A stretch of 63,817 nucleotides of DNA, filler included, from Octopus bimaculoides (taxonomy: Eukaryota): the NCBI RefSeq assembly GCF_001194135.2. It is 7 parts of 7 records of this genome, joined end to end, with 100 filler letters (N's around TTAATTAATTAA, not from the genome) between each part and the next. Parts side by side here need not be neighbours in the genome. Positions count along the whole stretch, not along the records: positions 1 to 5,175 come from NW_026333430.1; positions 5,276 to 33,666 come from NC_068986.1; 5 more parts are not named here. One strand, written 5' to 3'. Below the pieces are notes generated by a model. It worked only from the letters and a program-made list of their open reading frames with translations. It was not told the DNA's origin and made no database searches. Of the stretch, positions 1 to 11,581 are shown piece after piece (within the stretch, counting starts at the first letter, position 1; each line of letters opens with the position of its first letter). The translations under genes and the position numbers were made by a program.

Positions 1-952
1 CAAAGTATTCTGGGGTATCGGCTCTCGTCCAGAGCTTGTTATCAAATTCGATATTTTTTCTAGCTAATAAAATAATGTCTATCTTATCCCTAGTAATGAG
101 TGAGCGATTCATAGCAAAAATGAGGGCTCTATTTAGGAGAATGGGGGATATGCTAGAGTAATAGTTATTTATATCAAACTGAATAAACGAGAAGTTTTTA
201 GTGTTGTCAATAGATTTAAACCAGTTTAGTGCTTCTTCGGTATTGTTCCATAACTTTAAGGATAAATTAGGAATTATTAGAGGTAGAATCCTGTCTAGTA
301 TAAGCTTACTGAGTCTGCCAATGTCAAACTTAGATGAGCAAATGAGTCTCACAGATGGGTTATCTTGGAAGATCTTATGGTCTTTTAAATTAATCCTAGG
401 TTCAGCTGGAACTATTGGTTCAGTCCTATCTATTAAGTCGTAGTCCTGCATAATTTTCTTGATTTTTAAATTAATCTCAGATAGATTTCTTTTAGAGGTT
501 ATTTTGTATTTGGAGTTAAGTTCCTTCACGATCAGTTTTTTATAAGTAGTATAATCCAACCTGTATAAATTTCCAGTTTTGTCAGCAGGGACTAGAATAC
601 CCGGTTTGTTCTGTATTGACTTGATGAATTCCTTAAGCTTTCTTAGATGTAGATTTTTCCTAAGTGGATGCTCCTTGTATTTCAGATTAGCTATAAGTTC
701 CAAAAGATCTTTTTCGAAATTTTCTAGTAGTGTGTTAGGAGGTGGATTTTTTCTACTCTTAAAAATCTTCTTAAAATAGTTCCTATCTTGTGTTTCAATT
801 GATGGGTTTTGCATTTTGTTATCATGGTGATAGGCAATCCACCTCATCCTTCTAATAAAGTCATTAGTTCTGTGGATTAACAGCCACATATAAGTATCCT
901 TACTATGTAAGGGGATGTCTTTCAGAGAAAATTCTACATTAACCTTTTCCAT
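1..952 (-). mobile_element. Penelope-like element reverse transcriptase ORF, N-terminal part; uninterrupted and running off the window edge
   Basis: Hand translation from ATG 952 gives 317 codons with no stop: MEKVNVEFSLKDIPLH...FIRRMRWIAY...LVPADKTGNLY...LKDHK...VRLICSSKFDIGRLSK...FIQFDINNYYSSIS...PEYF. The SLKxIP, FIRRMRW, ADKT, KDHK and QFDIxxxYxSI motifs are typical of Penelope-like RTs. Confidence 0.85.
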
Positions 953-1206
953 CCTGTTCAACAAATTTAGTACCAGAAAAAACACACTCAGGTTCGAGAG
1001 GTAAGTTCAGTAGAAGGTTTAGATTTAGATTCAAGATTGAATATTGTACTTATGTGTAGGCACCAGAATATCGTATGGTATGGTATTATACAAAAACCAT
1101 TCCAAAAGTGGGGTAGCATGAAACGTGCGTACTGCAATCATCTTTGAAATCCGTGTTGCTTATTTTGAATGTTTTGATCACCTATCCTTTTGGAATNNNN
1201 NNNNNN

Positions 1207-1249
<43 letters not shown>

Positions 1250-1991
1250 CGAACGGGTGGTGTGTTGTGTAATTCATCTAAGATTGCTCTGTGATCACTT
1301 CGACACCTGACTCAGCGCACACCGTGCGCCTGTTCAGACAACCTCGATTTAATGGAGAGCGTGAGATAACACTAGGCAACAAAAAACATTTATTGTCTGC
1401 TACCCAGACAAATGGTGCTGTACTAAACTAAATCGAGTACGCTGATTCCGAATTGCTGTAGCACGTCAGCATTTTGAGTAATGCGCATAATTATATATTA
1501 ATACTACATTTGAATCAGGAATAGTTAAGTTAAAGGTTAATTATTATTATGATAGTATATTAGTAGTGTATATAGTAAATTCATGTTCAATGGTACATAG
1601 TATATTTATGTTAAAGGAATAGTCACTTTATTTTTGTTATGCTCAGCTGTGTGTGTGTGTGTGTGTGTGTACATGTACAGAGGAGAATTTTTTTCTTCGA
1701 TTTGAAATGCACATCAATCTCAGAACGTGTTGCCATTTTTAAATTTTTGAATATATCTATTCAAACCAAAACAGGTTTCCACAATGTATTGTTTATCAAT
1801 GGACAAAATGAAGGTTTTGTAAAGTTTAAAGTTACAAGTAAATTCAGAAAAACATGTCCAAACAATCAAATGTTAAATGTCCACAGAAATTTCTATGAGT
1901 TTTACAAAGATATGCAGTAATAGAAGTTTCAGCTGCGAGAGTAATAGGTGAAAAAGAAATAACATTAAAACAAATAAGAAAAAGTGCGTGA

Positions 1992-2110
1992 TGCTTACAG
2001 CACCTAGGTTTCCCAAGCGGTTACCTATCTAAGTACTCACTAGGCTCGACGTTGCTTAACTTCGGTGATCGGACGAGAACCGATGCTCTCAGCGTGATAT
2101 GGCCGTAAGC
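1992..2110 (-). rRNA. 5S rRNA gene, solitary full-length copy
   Basis: The minus strand reads GCTTACGGCCATATCACGCTGAGAGCATCGGTTCTCGTCCGATCACCGAAGTTAAGCAACGTCGAGCCTAGTGAGTACTTAGATAGGTAACCGCTTGGGAAACCTAGGTGCTGTAAGC. It has a 9-bp terminal helix, TATTAAAA about 25 nt upstream and a T6 run about 10 nt downstream. Confidence 0.92.
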
Positions 2111-2530
2111 GATTGTCAACCTGCCTTTTAATACCTTTATTCTAATAAACGACTAAATGCAAGCAGCTTTTAACATTTTACAATCTATACTTACTTTTGT
2201 CACAATTTTCAAATCTTTACTTTACTTTTCTTCTACCAGTTCACTATTGCATCGGCTGAGCAAACTTTCTTTCTTTCTTTTATTCTAACTAACTCCCAAA
2301 TACACTACTAGCAGCTATCCACACACTCACTCACTTGCTTTCAGATTTCACTTTGCCGCTGCCAATTTCATCAATAGGCTTTCACTGTCACACCACACTA
2401 CCTTCACTACTACTATGTCCCAATGTTACCCACAAATGCCCCTTAACACTCACCACTACCCTCTACACGTCATCACAAATTTATGCTATGGCTATCAACA
2501 CCAATAGGAAGTACCTGTGGATCTTTGCAT

Positions 2531-3120
2531 AAGGATCCCCCAAAACAGCAACCAAATATGAATATCTATGCCAAAAATTATGCTTTGTGTTTGGTAGGAT
2601 CATAAAGGCATTATTTATTGATCTTCTCTCACGAAACTAGACCATTATTCTGATGTGCACTGTCATTAACTAGCTAATTTGAACAAAGAAAAAAATCAAG
2701 GAATTGAGGCTGGAGATTGCCAACAGGAAAGGGGTAGTGTTCCAACAAGACAATGCCCGACCACATGTGCCTTTGGCTATCCGAACAAAGTTACATGAAC
2801 TTGGCTGGTATCTCTTACTCCATCGACCATATTTTCCTGGTATTGCACCATCTGACTACTACTTATTTTTGTCTCTACAGAACTCTTTGCAAGAAAAAGC
2901 ATTTAACGAATTAGACGGAGTCAAAATGCATGTAGATAACATATTTGCTTCAAAACCAGTCAAATTTTATGCTGATGGAATATTTAAATTGCCTGATAGA
3001 TGTGCAAAGGCCATTAATAATAAAGGAAACTATTTCATGGAATAAAACCTATTGAAAAGTCAATTATTTATATCCCCTTTTGTGTATTGAAAAACGCTCA
3101 GAACTTTCCGGACATCCTAA

Positions 3121-3122
<2 letters not shown>
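2531..3122 (+). mobile_element. Mariner (DD34D) transposase remnant, 3' half with right ITR
   Basis: Translation KIMLCVW...RKGVVFQQDNARPHV...APSDYYLFLSLQNSL...GNYF*. The element ends GAACTTTCCGGACATCCTAATA with a terminal TA. Stops and frameshifts are present. Confidence 0.9.
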
Positions 3123-3149
<27 letters not shown>

Positions 3150-3152
<3 letters not shown>

Positions 3153-3715
3153 ACTTTTCTGGATGGCCTCCTTGTTTAAGTTGCTGAAATGCTGCCACAA
3201 TTCTCGCCTTCTTCATCTTCGGTGCACCCCACGCATAATAATCAAGGGTGTTGCAATTTGGGGAGTTAGGTGACCAGATGTTAGGGGTGATGTGGTCGCA
3301 GAAATTGTCTGACAGTCATGACTGGGTTCTCCTGCTTGTGCGGCATGGTGCAAAGTCCTGTTGCCGGACATAGGATCTTCCAGCAGCTACCCTTTTCACC
3401 GAGGGCAGCACTAACTTCTCCAGACACTTGTTGTGGCATCCCTGTTGAGTCTGAAACCGTGTGGAAAGATGAATGGAGGCATAACGTCGCCATCACTAAT
3501 GATCACTCCAAACACCATGATGGTGGCTGGATGTTTGACTTTTATCACTCTCGGTACATGTCTTCAGATTGTACTGTCCTCAGATTAGCACCTAAACACT
3601 GAAATGTTCGTATTGAAGCTTCCGGCGTGAATGCCAAGCAGTACAACATCTCGTCTTCAAATTTCTGTGAGAGTGAATCGCATCATGGTGCTGTTTTTCT
3701 CACAGACAGTGCCCA
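3150..3715 (-). mobile_element. Tc1/mariner (maT/DD37D-like) transposase remnant, internally deleted
   Basis: Minus-strand pieces KHPATIMVFGVIISDGDVMPPFIFPHG...QQDFAPCRTSRRTQS...PNIWSPNSPNCNTLDYYAWG (cf. QDxAPxH and WPPNSPDxNPLDY). An N-terminal piece RRDVVLLGIHAG is joined almost directly to them. Confidence 0.75.
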
Positions 3716-3719
3716 ACTG

Positions 3720-3813
3720 ACCCTACTATACCGCGTAGTCGATAAAATCAGAAACAAACAATGCGTCTACGCGAAATAAGAAATATAAAATGGCGACAGC
3801 TGACCCATCGCAC

Positions 3814-3868
<55 letters not shown>

Positions 3869-4048
3869 AAATAGTAAATGAGTATATGCATATATACGTA
3901 CAGGTATGTGCATACCGACATCCACCTGTATGTATAGGGGCATATCTGGGTACAGGACATTGCAAACAAAACGTAGACGAGAAAACACACAAGCCACATA
4001 GAGAACATTCTTCTTCATCAGCTACCCCCGTTTTAACACCGGCGTTTC
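3720..4048 (-). repeat. Dispersed repeat, probably a Penelope-type terminal repeat, interrupted by (TA)n; related copy at about 15190-15313
   Basis: Both copies share the layout CATATC.GGGTACAG...AAGCCAC...TTCATCAGCT.CC. This copy ends in a hammerhead-like half GAAACGCCGGTGTT on the minus strand. Confidence 0.4.
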
Positions 4049-4070
4049 ACACACACACACACACACACAC

Positions 4071-4560
4071 ACTAGCAGTATAGCCCGACGTTGCCCGGGA
4101 TTAAGTTAAGATTATTAAGCTAATCAAGTGCTTTGTTTCAAACCAAACTAAGTTACACCGACGTCAAATTTGAGTGAAATCCATTGAAATTGGTAAACGT
4201 TTGGCTGAAAATGGGTTGCAGACAATTTGATTGGGAAATCACATAAGGAATTGGTTTNNNNNNNNNNNNNNNNNNNNNNNNNNNNNNNNNTTTTTTTTTT
4301 TTTTTTTTTTTTTTGGCGAACTTCAAGCCTTCAAAGATCCCATGAGTCTTAAGTAACGCCGGCATTAAGTTTGAACAAAATACGTCAAAATTGGTAAAAG
4401 TTATGGTTGAAAATAGGGTGTAGCCAATTTTAGTGATAAATCTTATAAGTAATTGGTTTATCGCTTTTTCATCCTGATTGAATGGAAAACCCCATAAGGA
4501 ATCAGTTTATTGATTTTTCACCCCAAATAGGACTTAACCGAACACAACATAGGTGATTAA
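4071..4560 (+). mobile_element. Probable Helitron-type non-autonomous element 5' terminus
   Basis: It begins ACTAGCAGTATAGCCCGACGTTGCCCGGG directly after a (CA)n tract, a terminus style typical of Helitron-derived elements. No coding evidence. Confidence 0.4.
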
Positions 4561-5219
4561 AAAAATCTATATTTATACTTTAAAGTTGGTTTTCACACCC
4601 AACCCAGTTCTGCAGAATCAATGTCATGACGGATACGCATGGGTTGGGAATTTGACCGGCAGAGGTGATCAGGTTGCACATGCCGGCCCTTTCGAACCCC
4701 CTCCCCCATCATCTAAACCCCCTCCCTTGGTCCATGGGTTGGGAACCCTTCTGGCAAGGAAAATAGATCTGCATTGGAAAGGGTTGCATCGAAGGTTTGC
4801 ACTGGATAAGGATGTATCGAAGGTTTGCATTGGAGATCTGCAGTGAAGAAGGTTGTCTCAAAGATTTAGATTGGATAAGGTTGCATGAGAGGTCTGCATT
4901 GGAGAAGGTTGAATCGAAGGTTTGCATTGTGGATCCGGATTGGAGTAACTTAGGAAAACTTACCAACAGCCTTAACAAAAAAATAAGGGGCCTGAGCAAT
5001 TTGGCCAAGCGCTGATATTGGCCGAGTGAGCATTGTTGTTGGAGAAGTCAGCATTATCCAGTAAATAAGAGGAAGAGTCCATGAATCATGTTTGCCGTGG
5101 TTTGAGAATATGTCCGACCAATGCTTCGGATCACTTGTTTATAACCACATAGGCTGCAATGATGACTTGTTCTTCNNNNNNNNNNNNNNNNNNNNNNNNN
5201 NNNNNNNNNNNNNNNNNNN

Positions 5220-5231
5220 TTAATTAATTAA
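5220..5231. other. Artificial assembly spacer TTAATTAATTAA inside N-runs (also 33711, 40933, 43137, 57200, 60712)
   Basis: An identical 12-mer with stops in all six frames appears six times, always embedded between N-runs. Confidence 0.95.
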
Positions 5232-5879
5232 NNNNNNNNNNNNNNNNNNNNNNNNNNNNNNNNNNNNNNNNNNNNATATATATAACGTGTCAACGCACGA
5301 AACTGTCGGACCTTGAGTCACTCTTTTTCTTCTTCTAAATATTCATAAGATATATACATAGATATACACACACATGCACACACGCACGCACACTCAGATA
5401 CATACACATACATAGAAGTTTGCTTTTAGGAATTATAGTAATTTAACATTAAACTGAACAATTACTGAATTCTTCTTATTGAGTCCATATATACTTTCCC
5501 AAGAATATGTGTGATAGTAACTTCGAAATCTCGGCCTGCTAAAGTTACATCACTACGGCGGGCCTTAAAATTGTCTTTTGATCTGTTGGAATTAATGAGC
5601 AAATTTTTCTCTAATTACATCACAGCATGATAAAAATGAAAGGACGCCTTTGGACAATACCGTATCGTTCTGGTGGAACAAAAACACATGATTGTTATAA
5701 CTGGGAGGTCTTCAATGGTTCAAATGCTAAAACAACCTATGTTCCTCCCCGTGGTAGCTTCATGTTAAAATTATTAATTAACTAATTGATTTCCGAAATA
5801 CTCACTCAATACTTTTGTTTTAATTGTGTTATAAATAAAATATCAGAAATATGCTCCATATATACTTACTCTTTTACTC

Positions 5880-6280
5880 TTTTATTTGTTTCAGTCATTT
5901 GACTGCGGCCATGCTGGAGCACCGCCTTTTAGTCGAGCAAATCGACCCCGGGACTTATTCTTTGTAAGCCTAGTACTCATTCTATCGGTCTCTTTTGCCG
6001 AACCACTAATGACGGGGACATAAACACACCAGCATCGGTTGTCAAGCAATGCTAGGGGGACAAACACAGACACACAAATACACATACACACACACACACA
6101 CATATATACATATACATATATACGACGGGCTTCTTTCAGTTTCCGTCTACCAAATCCACTCACAAGGCTTTGGTCGGCCCGAAGCTATAGTAGAAGACAC
6201 TTGCCCAAGGTGCCACGCAGTGGGACTGAACCCGGAACCATGTGGTTGGTAAGCAAGCTACTTACCACACAGCCACTCCG
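5880..6280 (-). mobile_element. tRNA-derived CORE-type SINE with internal (GT/AT)n (family C); other copies at 7530-8000, 44930-45320, partial at 15480-15590, 62480-62530, 63360-63510
   Basis: The minus strand starts GGAGTGGCTGTGTGGTAAG (A box)...GGTTCAGTCCC (B box), then GCACCTTGGGCAAGTGTCTTC (CORE-like). Near-identical copies recur in the window. Confidence 0.85.
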
Positions 6281-6439
6281 GCGCCACTTGTGAAAGAAAA
6301 TTATACAAGGTGATTGAAAACAATACTTATGAAATATTGTTTATCCGTAACCTTTGGTCCCCATACACCCAGCGGGTATGTTTACCTCAAGCTGATGACT
6401 CTTACTCTGAGCACGTACAAGAGGAAGCAAAAAATTGGC

Positions 6440-6740
6440 TCTACGTAGTTTACAGTGATGGTGGTCCCAGTTGATAGATCAAGGAACAGCCTGCTCTTGA
6501 AATTAACGTGCAAGTAGCTGAACTCTGAATAGACCCTAGTAATCTTAACGTCGTTGTCAGGGAGATTTAGAGTGACGCAGAATGTGACAAGGCTGGCCCG
6601 TTGATAGATAGCAGAATGGACTGGGACAGCGTAAAATAAAGTGTCTTGCTCAAGAACACAATGCACCACCCGATATTGAATTCACGGCTGTAAGATCGTA
6701 AGCCAGACGCTCTAATCTCTAAGCCACGCGTCCTCACGAA
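6440..6740 (-). mobile_element. tRNA-derived SINE, long family B (diverged); similar diverged copies at 33180-33480, 38300-38630, 50700-50900
   Basis: It shares the block GGAACAGCCTGCTC.TGAAATTAACGTGCAAGT.GCTGA with the intact copies at 16654 and 53982. Confidence 0.75.
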
Positions 6741-6819
6741 GTACCGTATGTAGCAACCAAACCGTTGTCTAATTAGATCGTGGTGACTTGTGCAAAGAAA
6801 AGACACATTCTTTTCTACT

Positions 6820-7205
6820 CTAGGCACAAGGCCCAAAATTTTGAGGGAAGGGCCCAGTACGCAACTGGTACTAAATGTATCGAAAGAATGAATGGCAAAG
6901 TCGACCTCGGCGGAATTTGAACTCAGAACGTAAAGACACACGAAGTATCGCTACGCATTTCGCCCGGCGTGCTGAAGTTTCTTATTTTTTATTGCCCACA
7001 AGGAGCTAAACATAGAGGGGACAAACAAGGACAGACAAAGGGAATAAGTCGATTACATCGACCCCAGTGCGTAACTGGTACTTAATTTATTGACCCCGAA
7101 AGGATGAAAGACAAAGTCGGCCTCGGCGGAATTTGAACGTAAAGACAGACGAATTACCGCTAAGCATTTCGCCCGGAGTACTGAAGATTCTGCCAGCTCG
7201 TCGCC
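6820..7205 (-). mobile_element. Two adjacent family A tRNA-SINE copies
   Basis: Reverse complement of GGCGAGCTGGCAGAAT..TAGCACGCCGGGCGAAATGC...GAGTTCAAATTCCGCCGAGGTCGACTTTGCCTTTCATCCTTTCGGGGTCGATAAATTAAGTACCAG. Confidence 0.85.
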
Positions 7206-8129
7206 TTAAAGAACGGACATATCAATGTAATCCAAGATTACTCATATACAAAACTATAGACAAATAAATTGATATAACCGGGATGGTCATGGCTGAACTA
7301 ACCTTCTTTTTATAGTCTTGCTCGATAATCAGGGTTAACTCAGAGCTAAACACCTGCAGCAAAATGCTGACGCAACCCATAAAATAAATATTTTCTAAAA
7401 GAAAAGAAACTTTGTATGAGATAAATACAACATTCTTACAGTGATAGACGAAGCGTGGTGGATCAGGTGCAAGGTTCGAAATGAGATTTAGTATCTATTC
7501 CTCTCCATGCGGTTATCTTTTATTATTTACTTGTTTAAGTCATTAGACTGCGGCCATGCTGGGGCACCGCCTTGAAGAATTTTAGTCGAGTGAATCGACA
7601 CAAGTACTTTTTTTCACGCCTGGTACTTATTCTATTGGACTTTTTTTGCTGAATTGCTAGGGTTAGGGGACATAAATATACCAACGGCGTTGTCAAGCTG
7701 TGTTGGGGGACAAACACAGATTCAAAGACAAGCACAAACACACACAAACACATTTGTGCGTATATGTGTGTATGTATGTGTGTGTGAGTGTGTATAAATA
7801 TATACACATAATACATATATACATATACATACATACATACACACGCACACACACAAATGCACGATGGTCTTCTTTCCCCTTTACTAAATCCACTTACAAG
7901 GCTTTGGTCGGCCCAAGGCTATTGAAGAAGACACTTGCCCAAGAGGCCACGCTGTGGGGCTGAATCAGGCACGATGTGGCTGGGAAGCAAACTCCTTGCC
8001 ATTCCACGATGCCACGACAGCATTTCATTTCGGATCTTGTGAATCTTCTAAAACACTCCGTAAATATATTTTCTTCTTCATTTCATAATAACATTGACTT
8101 TTATTGCTGATGTTATTCAGTTATTATAG

Positions 8130-8345
8130 AACTGCCAGCGAGCTGGCAGAATCGTTAGCACGCCGGACAAAATGCTTAGCGGCATTTCGTCCGTCATTAC
8201 GTTCTGAGTTCAAATTCTGTGAGGTCGACTTTAACTTTCATCCTTTCGGGGGATCCATAAAATAAGTACCAGTTGTGTACTGGGGTATATGTAATCGACT
8301 AACCTCCTCCCACGAAATCGGAGGCGTTGAGCCTATAGTAAAAAT
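8130..8345 (+). mobile_element. Family A tRNA-SINE
   Basis: GCGAGCTGGCAGAATCGTTAGCACGCCGG...GAGTTCAAATTC...CATCCTTTCGGGG...CCTATAGTA. Confidence 0.85.
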
Positions 8346-8347
8346 GA

Positions 8348-8735
8348 TTACTGCCACCGCCTTAGCGAAGGCAGAGGTATTATTTTCAGTCGTGTTTGTT
8401 TGTTTCTCCTTGCACAAGATATCTCAAGAACCGCTGGATGGATTTCGATGAAACTTTCAGGGATGTTTGGCCTCGTGACTAGCACATACTGATTAGAGTT
8501 TGGCATCGATCCGATACCGGCCGGACAAAGATTCTAGATTATTTTACGGGTTTTTTTTCTTGCTTTTTTTTTTTTACTGATTTTTTAAGGGCGGTCGGGT
8601 TCATTTTTAGTATTCTCGCTTGTGAGAGCAGTCGAGTTTATTTCAGATATTCTCATTTTAAAAATCATCTAGGGCTAATCGTTGAAAGGACGTTGGTTTT
8701 ACCTTGGCGGAGGTTTGTGCTTCCTGAATGCTCTT
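8348..8735 (+). mobile_element. Helentron-associated (HINE-like) non-autonomous element
   Basis: 5' ACCGCCTTAGCGAAGGCAGAGGT followed by a GTTTGTTTGTTT microsatellite and AACCGCTGGATGGATTTCGATGAAACTTT; 3' ACCTTGGCGGAGGTTTGTGC. This short subterminal inverted-repeat layout is typical of HINEs. Confidence 0.55.
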
Positions 8736-9153
8736 ATTATTATTATTATCATTACAGATAGAGGATTATTACAAACGTTAAAGAGTAGGGCAAAATTACA
8801 TTCGATATTTACTCTGACACTTCACGAAATGACTTCAATAAAAAGGAAGGGTCTTTGTCGATTAGTTGACATTATTTTAGCGACACCAAATGATGGGGGG
8901 GGGAAATTCAGTTCAAAGGGATTTGCGCAAGGCACGAAAAGCATCGGAAGAAATGTCGCTAAGCATGTTATCCGGAAAAGACTAACATGTCACCGTCCTT
9001 ATGACCGATGTCAGTAATACCTTTCATTTTTGCGGGGACGATAAAGTACAGCAAAACCAAGTACCTGGGTTGATACAATTTATTAACCCCAATAACGCGC
9101 AAAATTTGAGGACTTGTACCAATATTACAAACAATTATTATCATTATTATTAA

Positions 9154-9193
<40 letters not shown>

Positions 9194-9194
9194 G

Positions 9195-9255
<61 letters not shown>

Positions 9256-9281
9256 NNNNNNNNNNNNNNNNNNNNNNNNNN

Positions 9282-9363
<82 letters not shown>

Positions 9364-9366
<3 letters not shown>

Positions 9367-9583
9367 GGTGGCGAGCTGGCAGAATCGTTAGCACGCTGGA
9401 CGGAATGCTTAGCCGTATTTTGCCCGGCGCTACGTTCCGAGTTCAGATTCCATCCGAGGATGACTTTGCCTTTCATCCTTCGGGGTCTATTAATTAAGCA
9501 CCAGTTACGCACTGGGTCGATGTAATCGACTAGCTCCCTCGCCCAAATTCCAGGCCTTGTGCCTATAGTAGAAAGAATTATCC

Positions 9584-9623
<40 letters not shown>

Positions 9624-10524
9624 CACCATCATCATATAGCAGCGAGCGCACAAATTCGTTAGCACACTGGACGAAACCCCTAGTGGTATTTCGTCAGACT
9701 TTACGTTCTAAGTTCGATTTTACCTTTCATTCTTTCGAGGTCAGGATCAACGAAATAAGTACCATTTGAGCACAGGGGTTCATGTAATTGACTAACCCAC
9801 TCCCACGAAATTTCAGGGCTCTAATTCTTAGGGGTATTTTTTCCAGCTCTTTAATTCTCTTTACGATTTTTACGTTGAAATCACGCCGAAATCGACTTAG
9901 CTTTTCATCCTTTGGGAGTAATAATATAAATAGCAGTCAACTGGGGTAGTTGTATTTGACTACCCCGCCCTCTAAAATTGCTGGCTTTGTGCCAAAATTT
10001 GAAAGAATTACTATTATCATTATTAGAGTTCAGAGAAATTATTTTGTAGCACTTTTTCCATCTCTCTAAATTCTGAGTTCAAATCCTGCTAAGGACATCT
10101 TAGGCTTCCATTCTTTCCAGCTCGATAAAATGTAGCACAGTTATGTACTGAGTTGCCGGTATTGACCACTCCCACTCCAGTCAAAATTGCTGGCCTTGTG
10201 CCTATATCAGAAATTATTACTAAAACGTTGGATTGGAAGAAAAAATAGAATATGGGGGGGGGGGATATTCTTTGCGATATTTAGTCTTGGACATTGCGCT
10301 CTGATTTCAAATACAAATCCATTTTTTTTCTCTTTTCGTTCTTCAAAGAGTGATAAAATAAAGTATCATTCAAGTCTTGACGATGTCGATTGATCACATC
10401 CCTTTCGAATTGCTGGACTTGTGAGCCTAAACCGAATATCCCAGTGGCAAAAACCAGAAATCTCATCATCATAATCATCATCATCATCATCATCATCTTC
10501 ATCATCATCATCACCACCATCATC

Positions 10525-10567
<43 letters not shown>

Positions 10568-10578
10568 CCACCATCATC

Positions 10579-10609
<31 letters not shown>

Positions 10610-10849
10610 CCACCATCATCTTCATCATCATCATCATCATCATCATCATCGTCGTCGTCGTCGTCGTCCTCGTNNNNNNNNNNNNNNNNNNNNNNNNNNN
10701 NNNNNNNNNNNNNNNNNNNNNNNNNNNNNNNNNNNNNNNNNNNNNNNNNNNNNNNNNNNNNNNNNNNNNNNNNNNNNNNNNNNNNNNNNNNNNNNNNNNN
10801 NNNNNNNNNNNNNNNNNNNNNNNNNNNNNNNNNNNNNNNNNNNNNNNNN

Positions 10850-10883
<34 letters not shown>

Positions 10884-11006
10884 CCATCATCATCACTATC
10901 GTCGTCGTCATCATCATCATCATCATCATCATCATCAACATCATCATCACCGTCGTCGTCATCATCATCATCATCATCATCACCATCATCATCACTATCG
11001 TCGTCG

Positions 11007-11040
<34 letters not shown>

Positions 11041-11581
11041 CATCATCATCATCATCATCACTATCATCATCCATCATCATCATCATCAATATTGTTGCTA
11101 AAAATCGTTTAAAACGCCGGACAAAATGCTTAATGGCATTTCATCCGTCTTTAACAATCTAAGTCAAAATTCCACCGAGATCAGCTTTACCTTTCACCCG
11201 TTCGGAGGTCGGAGGTCGGGGGTCGATTAAATAAGAACCAGTACAGCACTGGGATAGATATAATTCATTTACCCCCTCGACCCCGAAATAGCTGCCAAAA
11301 TTTGAAACCATTATTATTATTGATGTTGCTAGTAGTGGTGACAGTGGTGATGGGTGCTATTAAGGCGGTGCGCTTTCAGAATCGTCAGCACGCCGGGCGA
11401 AATGGTTAGCGGTATTTCATCTGTCTTTACGTTCTGAGTTCAAACTCCGCTGAGGTCGACTTTGCCTTTCATTCTTCCGGGGTCGATAAGTTAAGTACTA
11501 GTAAAACACTTGGGACGATGTAATCGACTAGTGCTCTCCCACCAAATTTCAAGCCTTGTACCTTTAGTAGAAAGGATTATT
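9364..11581 (+). mobile_element. Head-to-tail cluster of family A SINEs separated by (ATT)n/(ATC)n tracts (about 9364-9580, 9640-9810, 9880-10020, 10050-10220, 11100-11320, 11363-11581)
   Basis: Repeated AAGG.GGCGAGCTGGCAGAATCG heads and GTGCCTATAGTAGAAAG.ATTAT tails, all on the plus strand. Another copy follows at 12339-12560. Confidence 0.8.

Noticed and set aside
953-1196. Hammerhead in the 5' leader of the Penelope ORF
   Set aside because: GAAAC and TCATC occur in an order and orientation incompatible with the core on either strand.
10281-11112. Poly-His/Asp/Met/Ile ORFs
   Set aside because: These are pure (ATC)n microsatellite between SINEs, spanning a gap, with no unique coding sequence.
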